64,000 nucleotides of DNA from Candidatus Heimdallarchaeota archaeon (lineage in GTDB: Archaea > Asgardarchaeota > Heimdallarchaeia > Hodarchaeales > Hodarchaeaceae): contig CP070695.1 of assembly GCA_020353515.1 (NCBI GenBank), positions 3,678,277-3,742,276 on the forward strand, in the 5' to 3' direction. A program made the translations under genes and the position numbers. Shown one piece after another: positions 29,901 to 38,370 of the stretch (within the stretch, counting starts at the first letter, position 1; each line of letters begins with the position of its first letter). Below the pieces are notes generated by a model, which was not told the origin of the DNA, did not search any database, and worked only from the letters and a program-made list of their open reading frames with translations.

Positions 29901-30532
29901 CATTTTGCCTCTAATAACTTTTCACAAAGAAAATCAGCATCTACTAAGATATAAAGATATCCGAATAAGTTTCCAAAATTACTACTGTCTTCCATTATCC
30001 CCCTTATATATACTGAGCCAGAAATGTCAGGAATCAATTGAGATAAGTTAATTTTTTGATTAGGGGTGACTCCGAACATCTTTGCAAGTGTGTTTGAGAT
30101 TAGAATCCCATTATTTTTCAGTCTTAGATTTCCTTCAAGTAATTCTATATTTTGAAAATCAGGGTGACTTGTATCACAACCATATACAACAAGGTTTTCA
30201 TTTATATCAAAACCTCGACCTAAATATTGAAGGGTCTCATTTGAATAAATATGAGTTATTATTGTACTGGACTTGCTGACTCCAGATACAGATTGTACTG
30301 TGGTTGTTAATTCTCTCATTTCTTCAAGAGTCTTGTTATTATGTATTGAATAAATATTAATATCAGTATAATTATTCAATCGACGATCAGTGATAAAATT
30401 ATCATAAAGAGAATCAATAGAAATAGCTATCCCAGTTTCGAGCGCAACAGATAGTGTGATACCCAGTATTAATAGAATGCTTCTCCATTTATTCCTTCTC
30501 ACATTATGGAAAGCTATTCCAATATATCTCAT
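26939..30532 (-). CDS. Double FtsX/MacB-type permease fused to a C-terminal OppD/DppD-type ABC ATPase
   Basis: Two permease repeats (ERKKEFGILKSVG; EREVGIIRAMG). Then GESGCGKS, LSGGMKQR, DEPTSALD, HPYT and the PPPGCRFHPRCP...C...C tail, all in one frame. Confidence 0.85.
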   Translation of the reverse strand: MRYIGIAFHNVRRNKWRSILLILGITLSVALETGIAISIDSLYDNFITDRRLNNYTDINIYSIHNNKTLEEMRELTTTVQSVSGVSKSSTIITHIYSNETLQYLGRGFDINENLVVYGCDTSHPDFQNIELLEGNLRLKNNGILISNTLAKMFGVTPNQKINLSQLIPDISGSVYIRGIMEDSSNFGNLFGYLYILVDADFLCEKLLEAKWSFHIECIVEVDDLLEIDEVVTNIKSTVGEEFLVIRGKIISEIARLGITSYQTAMNIIVLASFVVAILFLANLLTINVNERKKEFGILKSVGTSNFQIVVTLGIEILVYSTLGSFFGTIFGFLFSVMYLTLFNQTVEIVTVTQLVIKPASVGTAFLSGILISLIAGIYPVVIAIVLPPVQNIHYQQRSIEQKWKVTWKYTFLTGIVLSAIGIIGSYFIGPSRFLSFEIVSFHFIVLVLILIGTFLIQTGLLNFLPKVGKNLFWFSTIAKVVSSRNVKREASKSAITIMTSAIALSFIIIIGIVSNALIDAVPTYYNDQFGGIDIIAECYDGQELPITVVEKLERNRDIVEASFIQERSTIVNFNSKRINIFGIDPKNYETFIGPIIAQTKPNLAMMMNTSEQGVIISNLLLQHLNVDLGETIQIILQENITKTLVINGIVRGNPFVRQGLYLYLSNVLFDQFFPSEDEPVAKWFVMSIDDDTNVNNLTKNLKFTYNEFYRAVSIDYFSTFIEGTLRKQAVLFQTLFLESFFLVGLAQFVCILISTLKMEREVGIIRAMGISKKEVFSIFLAESTMLEITAVIIGIIEGVVGAYLMQWYISSSIPIKVNVDPLMIFLWVSISFVITIVSTTIPSYRSSHRSIVSAISGRGIKEPKIIDEDLFLEYLLSVENLKGYYRGSFGVVHGVDNVSLTIKRGEIVGLAGESGCGKSTLAELLTGSPRPLLHYEKGKILVDRFDIYKIRPEALRTQVKCRLLSYVPQASMESLNPVKKIKDFIMDVVEERTGRKGSKVETYKLAEIHFERVGLDKSVLDRYPHELSGGMKQRVVIAISTLWNPNLLIIDEPTSALDVTSQKQMIQMLSDLKNKGIIQSILFVSHDIATLRQLCSRSIIMYCGEIVETGFMDDIINDPLHPYTALLISSIVKFNPDGTRPAELRSIPGSHPDLRYPPPGCRFHPRCPEIMTHCKSYEPPVVELSDKERQVKCWLYN

Positions 30533-30663
30533 TTTAAACCCTAAATTGTGTAAATAGATTCAAATCAATTAGATTTTCTATTCTTTTTTCTTTTTACTAC
30601 GATTACATTCAGGAAAGGACCTTAAAATATTACTGTCTTAATATTGGTGTTGTTGAAGAGAAG

Positions 30664-31551
30664 CTAGTAATAACCAAGTACTCCTTTTTTCCGGGTCCGA
30701 TATTCAAAGTAGTTAAAGATTAAAATTCCTAAACAGAGCCAAACGATATTTAGGAATGATAGATATACTAGAATTTCAAACCAATAATCACTAAATCCTT
30801 GAAGTACGCCTTCTCGGAAACCTTCGACACCCCATGTAATTGGGGAAATAAATGATAATGGTCTGAGGAAGAAAGGTAGTACAGCCAACGGGAAGAATGC
30901 TGGTGCCAGTAAGTTCATGAATCCATCCATAAAGAGGACGAATTTCCATGCTTGCTTCATAGCAAGCACTAATCCAGAAATAATTAAAGAAAAACCCAAC
31001 AACGAGACCGTAGCAAAAAACAAGATCAGTATCATTGGAAGGAAATTTAAAAGATTTATTTCTAATCCGTAGAGAAAGAATACACCACCAACTTGTAAGA
31101 AAAATGCCAATACTGACATAGTTAATCCAAAAAGTGTATTTCCTAAAATAATTGAAAATCTGGATGCAGGAGTCATATAAATACTGACCAAAGTCCCAGT
31201 CCATTCTTCGCGTCGAATACCCATAGCACCCATCCAATAGATTCGTGTTAGAATAGCCATTGATGCTGAACCGAAAGTTAAGAATAAAATAACATCACTT
31301 GTGGTTGCATAATTCGCTAACATCTCGCTTTCACGACCACCAACCAAGGTTTGTCCATAAATAATAACAGGTAATAAGAAAATCAATGGTTCAGAGACAA
31401 AATAGAGAAAAGTCAATGGATACGATAACCTAATTCTCCAATACTTGATCATTAGCTCCCAGGCACAATTTACTTCAAACCAAAGACGAGAGAGAGAACT
31501 TTGAAGAAATTGGGGTGATTGATCTTCATAAGATTTAGTTATGTGATCCAA
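30664..31551 (-). CDS. ABC-2 type exporter permease
   Basis: REEWTGTL..IYMTP, multi-TM, PLSFISPITW. Confidence 0.88.
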   Translation of the reverse strand: MDHITKSYEDQSPQFLQSSLSRLWFEVNCAWELMIKYWRIRLSYPLTFLYFVSEPLIFLLPVIIYGQTLVGGRESEMLANYATTSDVILFLTFGSASMAILTRIYWMGAMGIRREEWTGTLVSIYMTPASRFSIILGNTLFGLTMSVLAFFLQVGGVFFLYGLEINLLNFLPMILILFFATVSLLGFSLIISGLVLAMKQAWKFVLFMDGFMNLLAPAFFPLAVLPFFLRPLSFISPITWGVEGFREGVLQGFSDYWFEILVYLSFLNIVWLCLGILIFNYFEYRTRKKGVLGYY

Positions 31552-32379
31552 TTAATACACTCCCAAGGAACCTTGTTTCCGAGAATAGGCCTCCATTTTA
31601 GTAAAGAGAAGGATTCCAATCATCCATAGCAAAATATCAAGAAATATTAGGCCAATAATAAAAATCACCGGCTCTACAGAAGGGAATAACACTATTTCTG
31701 GCATTATTAACTTTCTGATTACAGAAAGTCCTAATGTAAAAGGAATAACCAACGAAATTACCCGAACCCACCCTGGTAATGCTTGTAAACTATACCTAAC
31801 GGGTGTGACAAAATGCAGACCTGTTTCAATCATTTCGGTCAAGGTTCCAGGTTCTTTGAAGACAATTATAATGCCTGCCATCAATACACCAAAGCCATAT
31901 AAACCAATATTTGTGAGGAACAGGATTCCTATGGATAAGATTACCCCATCCCATAAAATATGTATTTGAAGAAATAGACTAATTATTGTAAATTGAATTA
32001 ACACATTTATTGAAGCCCAGATTGTTTCTGAGATACTTGTGCCAATGAGAATGTCAACACGACTTGTAGGTGTGGTCCATAAGACTTCTAGTGTTCCAGA
32101 CTCTTGTTCCCAACGAATTGCGTTTCCTGCACCCCAAACAGCGGAGGAAACGAACATGAATAGTATTGTACCTATAACAAGAAAACTAAGAAAATCTTCA
32201 CTTCCAGTAAGTTCTGCAAAGTATTTGCTTGAGGTTCCACCAACAAATGCAATACCTTGAAAGATAAGCGGTGTTACCCACATAACTGGCATTATTGCCC
32301 AGAACAACAAGTCAAATTTATAGCGCGACATGTGGATAATGTTTTTGTAGATTATCGCTCGAATTGTGGAAAAATCCAT
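31552..32379 (-). CDS. ABC-2 type exporter permease
   Basis: EQESGTLEVLWTTP, multi-TM; paralogue of the adjacent permease. Confidence 0.88.
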   Translation of the reverse strand: MDFSTIRAIIYKNIIHMSRYKFDLLFWAIMPVMWVTPLIFQGIAFVGGTSSKYFAELTGSEDFLSFLVIGTILFMFVSSAVWGAGNAIRWEQESGTLEVLWTTPTSRVDILIGTSISETIWASINVLIQFTIISLFLQIHILWDGVILSIGILFLTNIGLYGFGVLMAGIIIVFKEPGTLTEMIETGLHFVTPVRYSLQALPGWVRVISLVIPFTLGLSVIRKLIMPEIVLFPSVEPVIFIIGLIFLDILLWMIGILLFTKMEAYSRKQGSLGVY

Positions 32380-32380
32380 G

Positions 32381-33385
32381 TTATACCTCCTCCTTACTAT
32401 CAGTCAATCCACGTCCAGTAAGTTGAATGAAAGCATCTTCTAATGTGGGGGTTTCTACATCGATACTTTGAATTCTAATATCCTTTTCTTTCAATTTTTC
32501 TAAGACAGAGAGCATTATCTGCGAGCTATCAGGTGTGTGTATACGAATATAATCATCATGATGATGTACTTCAAGAATTCCAGATATATCTTCTAAAGTT
32601 CCATATGAAAAAGAATCAGAGGTCTTTATCTTGATTACTTCCTGTTCTTTGACCCGTAATTTAAGCTGTTCTGGAGTGGATAAATCAATAATTTTTCCAT
32701 TGTCAATTAATGCTACACGATCTGATAATTGATCAGCTTCAGCCATATAATGAGTAGTCAGAAGAATAGTCTTACCTTCTTCCTTTTGTAGAACATTTTT
32801 GATATATAACCTCAAATCCCGAGCAAAGGAAGGATCCAAACCTAAAGTTGGTTCATCAAAGATTAAAATGGGTGCGTTTGATATTAATGACCGTGCAAAG
32901 TTTACTTTCATTTTCATTCCAGTACTATAATTTTCCACACGCTCAGTAGCCTTGTCTGTGAGCTGCATTTGTTCAAGTAAATGTATGGCTCGTTTTTTTG
33001 CTTCTTTTTTATTTAGACCATACATTCGGCCAAAAAATATTAAGTTCTCTAACCCAGTCATTTTCCAGTAAGTACTACGCTCTCCACCCCCAATTGTAGC
33101 TCCGAAACTAGCACGAGCTTGGCGACTTTCTTTAACAACATCAAACCCATTAATTCTTGCTATGCCATGATCGGGAATAACGATTGTAGTGAGAATTTTC
33201 ACCAACGTAGTCTTACCAGCACCATTAGGACCTAATAATCCAAAAATTTCACCTTTATGTACCTGAAGATCTACTTTATCAAGAGCTTGAACTGTTTTTT
33301 TCTCACGACTACGTTTGAATCGTGAACCTCTTGTTTTTACGAATTTCTTACTTATTTTTGATACATAAATTGGAAATTCTTGCAT
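32381..33385 (-). CDS. ABC-2 exporter ATP-binding subunit (DrrA-like)
   Basis: GPNGAGKT, YSTGM, DEPTLGLD, TTHY, PTLEDAF. Confidence 0.92.
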   Translation of the reverse strand: MQEFPIYVSKISKKFVKTRGSRFKRSREKKTVQALDKVDLQVHKGEIFGLLGPNGAGKTTLVKILTTIVIPDHGIARINGFDVVKESRQARASFGATIGGGERSTYWKMTGLENLIFFGRMYGLNKKEAKKRAIHLLEQMQLTDKATERVENYSTGMKMKVNFARSLISNAPILIFDEPTLGLDPSFARDLRLYIKNVLQKEEGKTILLTTHYMAEADQLSDRVALIDNGKIIDLSTPEQLKLRVKEQEVIKIKTSDSFSYGTLEDISGILEVHHHDDYIRIHTPDSSQIMLSVLEKLKEKDIRIQSIDVETPTLEDAFIQLTGRGLTDSKEEV

Positions 33386-33514
33386 TAAATAACTTCCATT
33401 GATGTACTAATAACGCTCATCATCATAACGGCAATTTCATCCTAATTTTCATACTCTAGATATATTTTTTTAAAACGACGATTGGTAACCACACAATAGG
33501 AAGCAGATCCCGCA

Positions 33515-34966
33515 ATGACTCCAACTGATGCAGAAAAACGAATTTCTAGTGTAGGTATTGACGTAGGAACTAGTACTTCTCATTTAATTTTCTCAGAATT
33601 AGTTTTAAGGAAAGATCCAAATTCTAGAACAGAAAAGTACCATGTTGCAGAGAGAAATATCCAGTATCGAGGAAATATCTTTTTCACTCCACTCACAGAG
33701 AAAAATGAAATTAATTTAGAAGAACTAACCCAGTTTCTCCTAAAAGAATACCAAAAAGCGGGAAAGAACACCTCTGAAATCGACACAGGCGCAGTCATAA
33801 TTACTGGAGAGTCAGCCAAGAAAGAAAATGCAGAAAAAATTATAGAAATTCTAGCGCGAGAGACAGGTAAATTTGTAGCCGCCAGTGCAGGGCCTAATTT
33901 TGAAGCGATTATATCTGCATACGGATCAGGTGCTGTGAAATATTCTAAAGAGCAATCTTGTAAAGTTATTCATACAGATGTCGGAGGGGGAACTTCAAAT
34001 ATTGCAGTAATTCAAAATGGGGAGATACATGCAACTGCTTGCATTAATGTAGGAGGACGATTAATTGTTTTTAATGACAAAGAGGAAATTATACGTTTAG
34101 AGCCTGCTGGGAAAATCGCACTGGATCATTGTAAACTAGATCTAGGTCTAGGAGATACTGTTACACTTTCCCAGAAAAGCCATATTGCTTATGAGTTAAC
34201 ATCTGCTTTGTTTGAGGTTATCAGAGGTCAAAAATTATCGTTATTTGCTAAAAAGCTAATGATGACATCAGTAATACCTATTGAATCTGCTAAAGGAATC
34301 TCATATTGGAGTTTTTCTGGCGGAGTAGCAGAATATATCTACAAAAATAATATTCAATATTTTAATGATCTTGGTTTACAATTAGGTCAGGAAATTCGGT
34401 CACGAATCGAAAAAGAATGCAGTAATATCTGGATAGAAGTACCAGAGAAAATTAGGGCGACTGTGATAGGTGCAAGTGAATACACATTACAAGTAAGTGG
34501 ATCCACGACATTTATGTCACCTGATACAAAAGAGTCTTCATTCCCTATTAGAAATTTACCCATTGTCACCCCATTAATTCAACGAGAGATGCTATCAGAA
34601 GAGTACATTGCTAGTCAAATTTCAGCTGCTTTACAGAGACTCGATCTTCTTGAAGGAAACGAACCTATCGCTTTAGCGTTTCACGATCCAGTCAGAACTG
34701 TTTATGAAAAATTAACAACATTTTCAAAAGGAGTTGTAAAAGCTCTTCCCAAGACAATCAGCAACAATAGACCCATTATTTTAATTTTTGATACAGATAT
34801 CGGGAATTCAGTAGGAAATGTTCTTCAACGCGAAACAGGCGTAAAAAATGATATTCTTTCAATTGATGAGATCTTTTTGAAGGAAGGAGATTTCATTGAT
34901 ATTGGTCAGCCTATTGTGAATAATAGAGTGTTTCCAGTTGTTGTAAAGTCTTTGATTTTTGAATGA
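33515..34966 (+). CDS. eutA: EutA-like ethanolamine ammonia-lyase reactivase
   Basis: SVGIDVGTST, TGAVIITGE, AGPNFE, DVGGGTSN, FSGGVA, IRATVIGA, GDFIDIG..PVVVKSL. Confidence 0.85.
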   Translation: MTPTDAEKRISSVGIDVGTSTSHLIFSELVLRKDPNSRTEKYHVAERNIQYRGNIFFTPLTEKNEINLEELTQFLLKEYQKAGKNTSEIDTGAVIITGESAKKENAEKIIEILARETGKFVAASAGPNFEAIISAYGSGAVKYSKEQSCKVIHTDVGGGTSNIAVIQNGEIHATACINVGGRLIVFNDKEEIIRLEPAGKIALDHCKLDLGLGDTVTLSQKSHIAYELTSALFEVIRGQKLSLFAKKLMMTSVIPIESAKGISYWSFSGGVAEYIYKNNIQYFNDLGLQLGQEIRSRIEKECSNIWIEVPEKIRATVIGASEYTLQVSGSTTFMSPDTKESSFPIRNLPIVTPLIQREMLSEEYIASQISAALQRLDLLEGNEPIALAFHDPVRTVYEKLTTFSKGVVKALPKTISNNRPIILIFDTDIGNSVGNVLQRETGVKNDILSIDEIFLKEGDFIDIGQPIVNNRVFPVVVKSLIFE

Positions 34967-35147
34967 AATGTAAGTCTTAAAATTAATCTCTGGGATTATT
35001 CACTCTGGTGATTTTAAGGAATTATCAGTTACTTTTACTTATATTTTTGGCTTTCTCATCGCAGTTCAAGGGAACTTGTGTCTTCATTCAGTGAAAAAAC
35101 GATTCAATAAGAGAATAATCATACAAATGGAAGAAAATTGATTAGTG

Positions 35148-36431
35148 TCACCCCTCAGAAAAAAGGATGTCGTAAATCAATTTACCATAATGTTGTTCGA
35201 TTTCAATGATGATTATTTGAAAAAGATCCATAGTAACTTTTTTCCCTGAAATTTTAGCTAAGTTACGAATAATATTATCCATAAAAGGAAAAAAAGCGTG
35301 TTGGAATAAGGGAGCTATTATTTGAGAGCGGGATTTCATTAATGCATGAAATTTTTCAAAATGAAAACCCTTTTCATAATTCTCAACTAGTTTCGCCACA
35401 CAGATTATTCTTCCCTTGTCATTGGCGTATACTAAATCCTGATGAAATATAATCTCAAATAAATCGAATGTAATGAAATCTCCAAGCATTCTTATTAAAT
35501 GTTGACGGAGTACATTGAGGAATTCTGTAAAAATTATTAATAATAGTCTATCATCAGTTAATGGCTTAATATAACCAGCTAGAGATAAGTAGCGAAATAG
35601 CTGAGTCATTCGCATCTCTCCTTTTTCGGTTAATGATAATTTAGCGGAAAGAGATGATATTGTATGCTTACCATCAATTTTTTGGGTGATTTTAACCCCC
35701 CAATCTCCCCAATATTGTTTGATTGCGTGAAAAGCTCCCCCTTGTTCTAAAAGAATACCAAGGTGGGCATCTTCTATTTGAAAAATATCTGTTCCTCTTA
35801 TAGAGATATCAATAGACTTAATATATCCTAATTCTTGGAGCATAGCTGTTCTTGTAATAACATATGGTAAAGGCCAATTTAGATTTCGACTAATTTCAGT
35901 TAATGATTTTTTTCCATCGAAATTCTTTAGCAAAGGGATAAATTTTGGTGAAATTTGGAAACTTTTGTTGGTCGTATCTTTTAGGCGTTTATACACTAAA
36001 TTTTCGTCAACATGCACCAGTATGAATTGATTTACAAGATTACGAAATGGCGTGTACTTTTGTGGAACGATATCATGTTTAAGTTCTTCTAAATAGTTGT
36101 GTTCGAACAGATCAATTATTACTCGTATTTTTTCCATTAAAATATGGCTTTCTACATCAACTAGTAAAATGGCAGTTACTTGTTTTCCTCTTTCAAACAT
36201 AATTTTCATGTTTTCCCTCTCAATAACGTTTAAGGAGCCACTCTCACCAGATATGTTGTCCATTATATTATCGGAAAAGGTCGAAATAGCACTAGCAAGC
36301 CCCCCAATGATAAGTCCGTCCGTATTGGGGGCAAAAACACTGAATCGAATATCAAATAACGATAACCCTTCAATGTGTAATAAAAAATATATTGGCCTTC
36401 CTTTGATTTTGGCAATAGATTTTTCACTCAT
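35148..36431 (-). CDS. Longin-like domain plus tandem winged-helix protein (NPRL2-like architecture)
   Basis: N-terminal GLSLF...IIGGLASAISTFS...IER.NMKIMFE longin pattern. Two repeats FDGKKSLTEI..LQELGYI and IDGKHTISSL..LSLAGYI. Confidence 0.65.
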   Translation of the reverse strand: MSEKSIAKIKGRPIYFLLHIEGLSLFDIRFSVFAPNTDGLIIGGLASAISTFSDNIMDNISGESGSLNVIERENMKIMFERGKQVTAILLVDVESHILMEKIRVIIDLFEHNYLEELKHDIVPQKYTPFRNLVNQFILVHVDENLVYKRLKDTTNKSFQISPKFIPLLKNFDGKKSLTEISRNLNWPLPYVITRTAMLQELGYIKSIDISIRGTDIFQIEDAHLGILLEQGGAFHAIKQYWGDWGVKITQKIDGKHTISSLSAKLSLTEKGEMRMTQLFRYLSLAGYIKPLTDDRLLLIIFTEFLNVLRQHLIRMLGDFITFDLFEIIFHQDLVYANDKGRIICVAKLVENYEKGFHFEKFHALMKSRSQIIAPLFQHAFFPFMDNIIRNLAKISGKKVTMDLFQIIIIEIEQHYGKLIYDILFSEG

Positions 36432-36437
36432 TCCGAA

Positions 36438-36809
36438 TCACTCATTTTGATCCTTTATAGCTGAAAGAGTATGCTTTTGCGCCTGGTTATGAATTTCATC
36501 AAAAAATAAGGATATTTTCCATAAACCAAAAAGAATTAGTCCAATTCCTAAAACTAAAACCATGGTTGAACCTATATCTAATATGGGTTCCCATATGGGG
36601 TCTTGGATCTGCTCTTCCATCATAACTAAGAGTGTTTGAAATAGTAAACTGCTCACGCTAAAAAAAAATCCTAAACTAATAATTTTAATACTTGTACCTA
36701 TCGTTCCTTTCAGTTTAAACTGTTTAGCTATCGTTACAAGGCCAATCATCATACTAAAAATGTAAATCATTACTCTAAGAGCATTAAACTCTTCCATGCT
36801 TAACACCAA
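36438..36809 (-). CDS. Small 3-TM membrane protein
   Basis: Three hydrophobic helices. Ends 6 nt before the longin/WH gene starts. Confidence 0.65.
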   Translation of the reverse strand: MVLSMEEFNALRVMIYIFSMMIGLVTIAKQFKLKGTIGTSIKIISLGFFFSVSSLLFQTLLVMMEEQIQDPIWEPILDIGSTMVLVLGIGLILFGLWKISLFFDEIHNQAQKHTLSAIKDQNE

Positions 36810-37001
36810 CTAAGGATTATAGAATATTATTAAAAATAAGAATTGTGTTAAATATTATATCCTTTAATTTTTGGGTAAAGATTAACCCTTTTTTCTTTCA
36901 TCCTCGTTTTAACTATTCTTCGATTTTTTTAGAGGTAATTACATTAAGTTAACATAATTTGTTTTATTTGAATCCATTCTCATGTACCTTATTTATATCC
37001 G

Positions 37002-37886
37002 GTGTATTTGTTGTCTAGACATTATTTTTTTCTTAAAGTGATTGTAGTTTTTTTACTTGCTGGACTAATTAGTAGTTTCATAATCAATCCTGTGTCAGGT
37101 TTATATTATGAAACTAAAGTGAAAAAGGGAGAGAGGATAGTTTACAAAAGACACGATTATAATTATAGTTCTCAATCATGGGAATCTTGGTCTTACCTGA
37201 TGTATGAGATCGTTTCATTCAAGGATCATTCCTTTAATGGAATGACTGAGACTACTATTGAAGCTAAGCGTTGGACAAGTAAAGATTCTACCCACTGGAT
37301 CCAAATTCCTTTTCAAAATTACGACATAGATGTGAATTCTCCAGAAAAATCATCACCAATTGGGGTTATAGCACATTTAACCAAAATACCAATTAAATTT
37401 TCTGTAACAATCGATAGCGAGGATCTTATCATCCGCTCTGGTATTAAGATAGAAGATTTCTTAGATGAAATAGAATCTATGATAGAAACACTATCAGAAG
37501 GAGACGACGAATTAAGAATTAATCCCATAAATGACGGTTATGGTATAAATCTGATAGTAGTCCGATGTGGATGTGCCATAGAAGGAGGAGTGGGGAAGAG
37601 TGTTCGTAATATCACGTATAATTCACGTGGTGTATTACAAAGCTTTTATTTCGACGATAAAACGAATTTTGGGCCTGATTCAGAAGCAGTAGAGACGAAA
37701 TATGAGCAATTCTTAGTCGAAGACATTGAATTTAACAAAACAACATTTGAAAATCTGAGTATCAGTGGGGGAGACGTCTCTCTTACAACGTTATCTGATC
37801 CAGAAGTGACTCCTTATAGCGCAGTATTCACCCTCTTCAGCCTATTAATTATCATAATCTCTCGAAGACGACTTTATTCAACCTAA
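37002..37886 (+). CDS. Secreted surface protein with C-terminal membrane anchor (CTERM-like)
   Basis: N-terminal signal-like helix. C-terminal S/T linker, TPY, TM helix, RRR. Confidence 0.7.
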   Translation: MYLLSRHYFFLKVIVVFLLAGLISSFIINPVSGLYYETKVKKGERIVYKRHDYNYSSQSWESWSYLMYEIVSFKDHSFNGMTETTIEAKRWTSKDSTHWIQIPFQNYDIDVNSPEKSSPIGVIAHLTKIPIKFSVTIDSEDLIIRSGIKIEDFLDEIESMIETLSEGDDELRINPINDGYGINLIVVRCGCAIEGGVGKSVRNITYNSRGVLQSFYFDDKTNFGPDSEAVETKYEQFLVEDIEFNKTTFENLSISGGDVSLTTLSDPEVTPYSAVFTLFSLLIIIISRRRLYST

Positions 37887-38366
37887 TTGGTTTCTGGCTT
37901 TCAATAACTCCTTTGCAAGAATGGCTGCATCAATAATTGGTTCGTAACCTGTACAACGACATAAGTGCCCTTCAAGTTTAGATTTAATTTCCTCTTCTGA
38001 AACATTGGGATTTTTCTCATAAAGACCATAAAGCTCCATAATGTACCCTGGAGTACAGAACCCACATTGGATGGCAGTCGTTTTAATGAAAGCTTGCTGG
38101 ATAGGATGTAATTCGTCATCAGGCAATCTAGGAGATATTCCTTCTATTGTAATAATATTGGTCCCATTTAACAGTTTAGCCCGTATATGACAGGATCTAA
38201 CTGCATCACCGTCCATGATCACAGTACATGCACCACAGTGGTTCTGGCTGCATCCATTCTTAGTTCCTGTTAATCCAAGTTTTTCTCGTAAAATAAATAA
38301 CAAAGAATCTTTGGGATCGACTTCTAATGTGTATTTTTGACCATTCACGGTGATAATAATTTCCAA
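37878..38366 (-). CDS. Molybdenum hydroxylase small [2Fe-2S] subunit (CoxS/XdhC-like)
   Basis: GCSQNHCGACTV, QCGFCTPG, LCRCTGY. Confidence 0.92.
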   Translation of the reverse strand: MEIIITVNGQKYTLEVDPKDSLLFILREKLGLTGTKNGCSQNHCGACTVIMDGDAVRSCHIRAKLLNGTNIITIEGISPRLPDDELHPIQQAFIKTTAIQCGFCTPGYIMELYGLYEKNPNVSEEEIKSKLEGHLCRCTGYEPIIDAAILAKELLKARNQLG

Positions 38367-38370
38367 ACCA

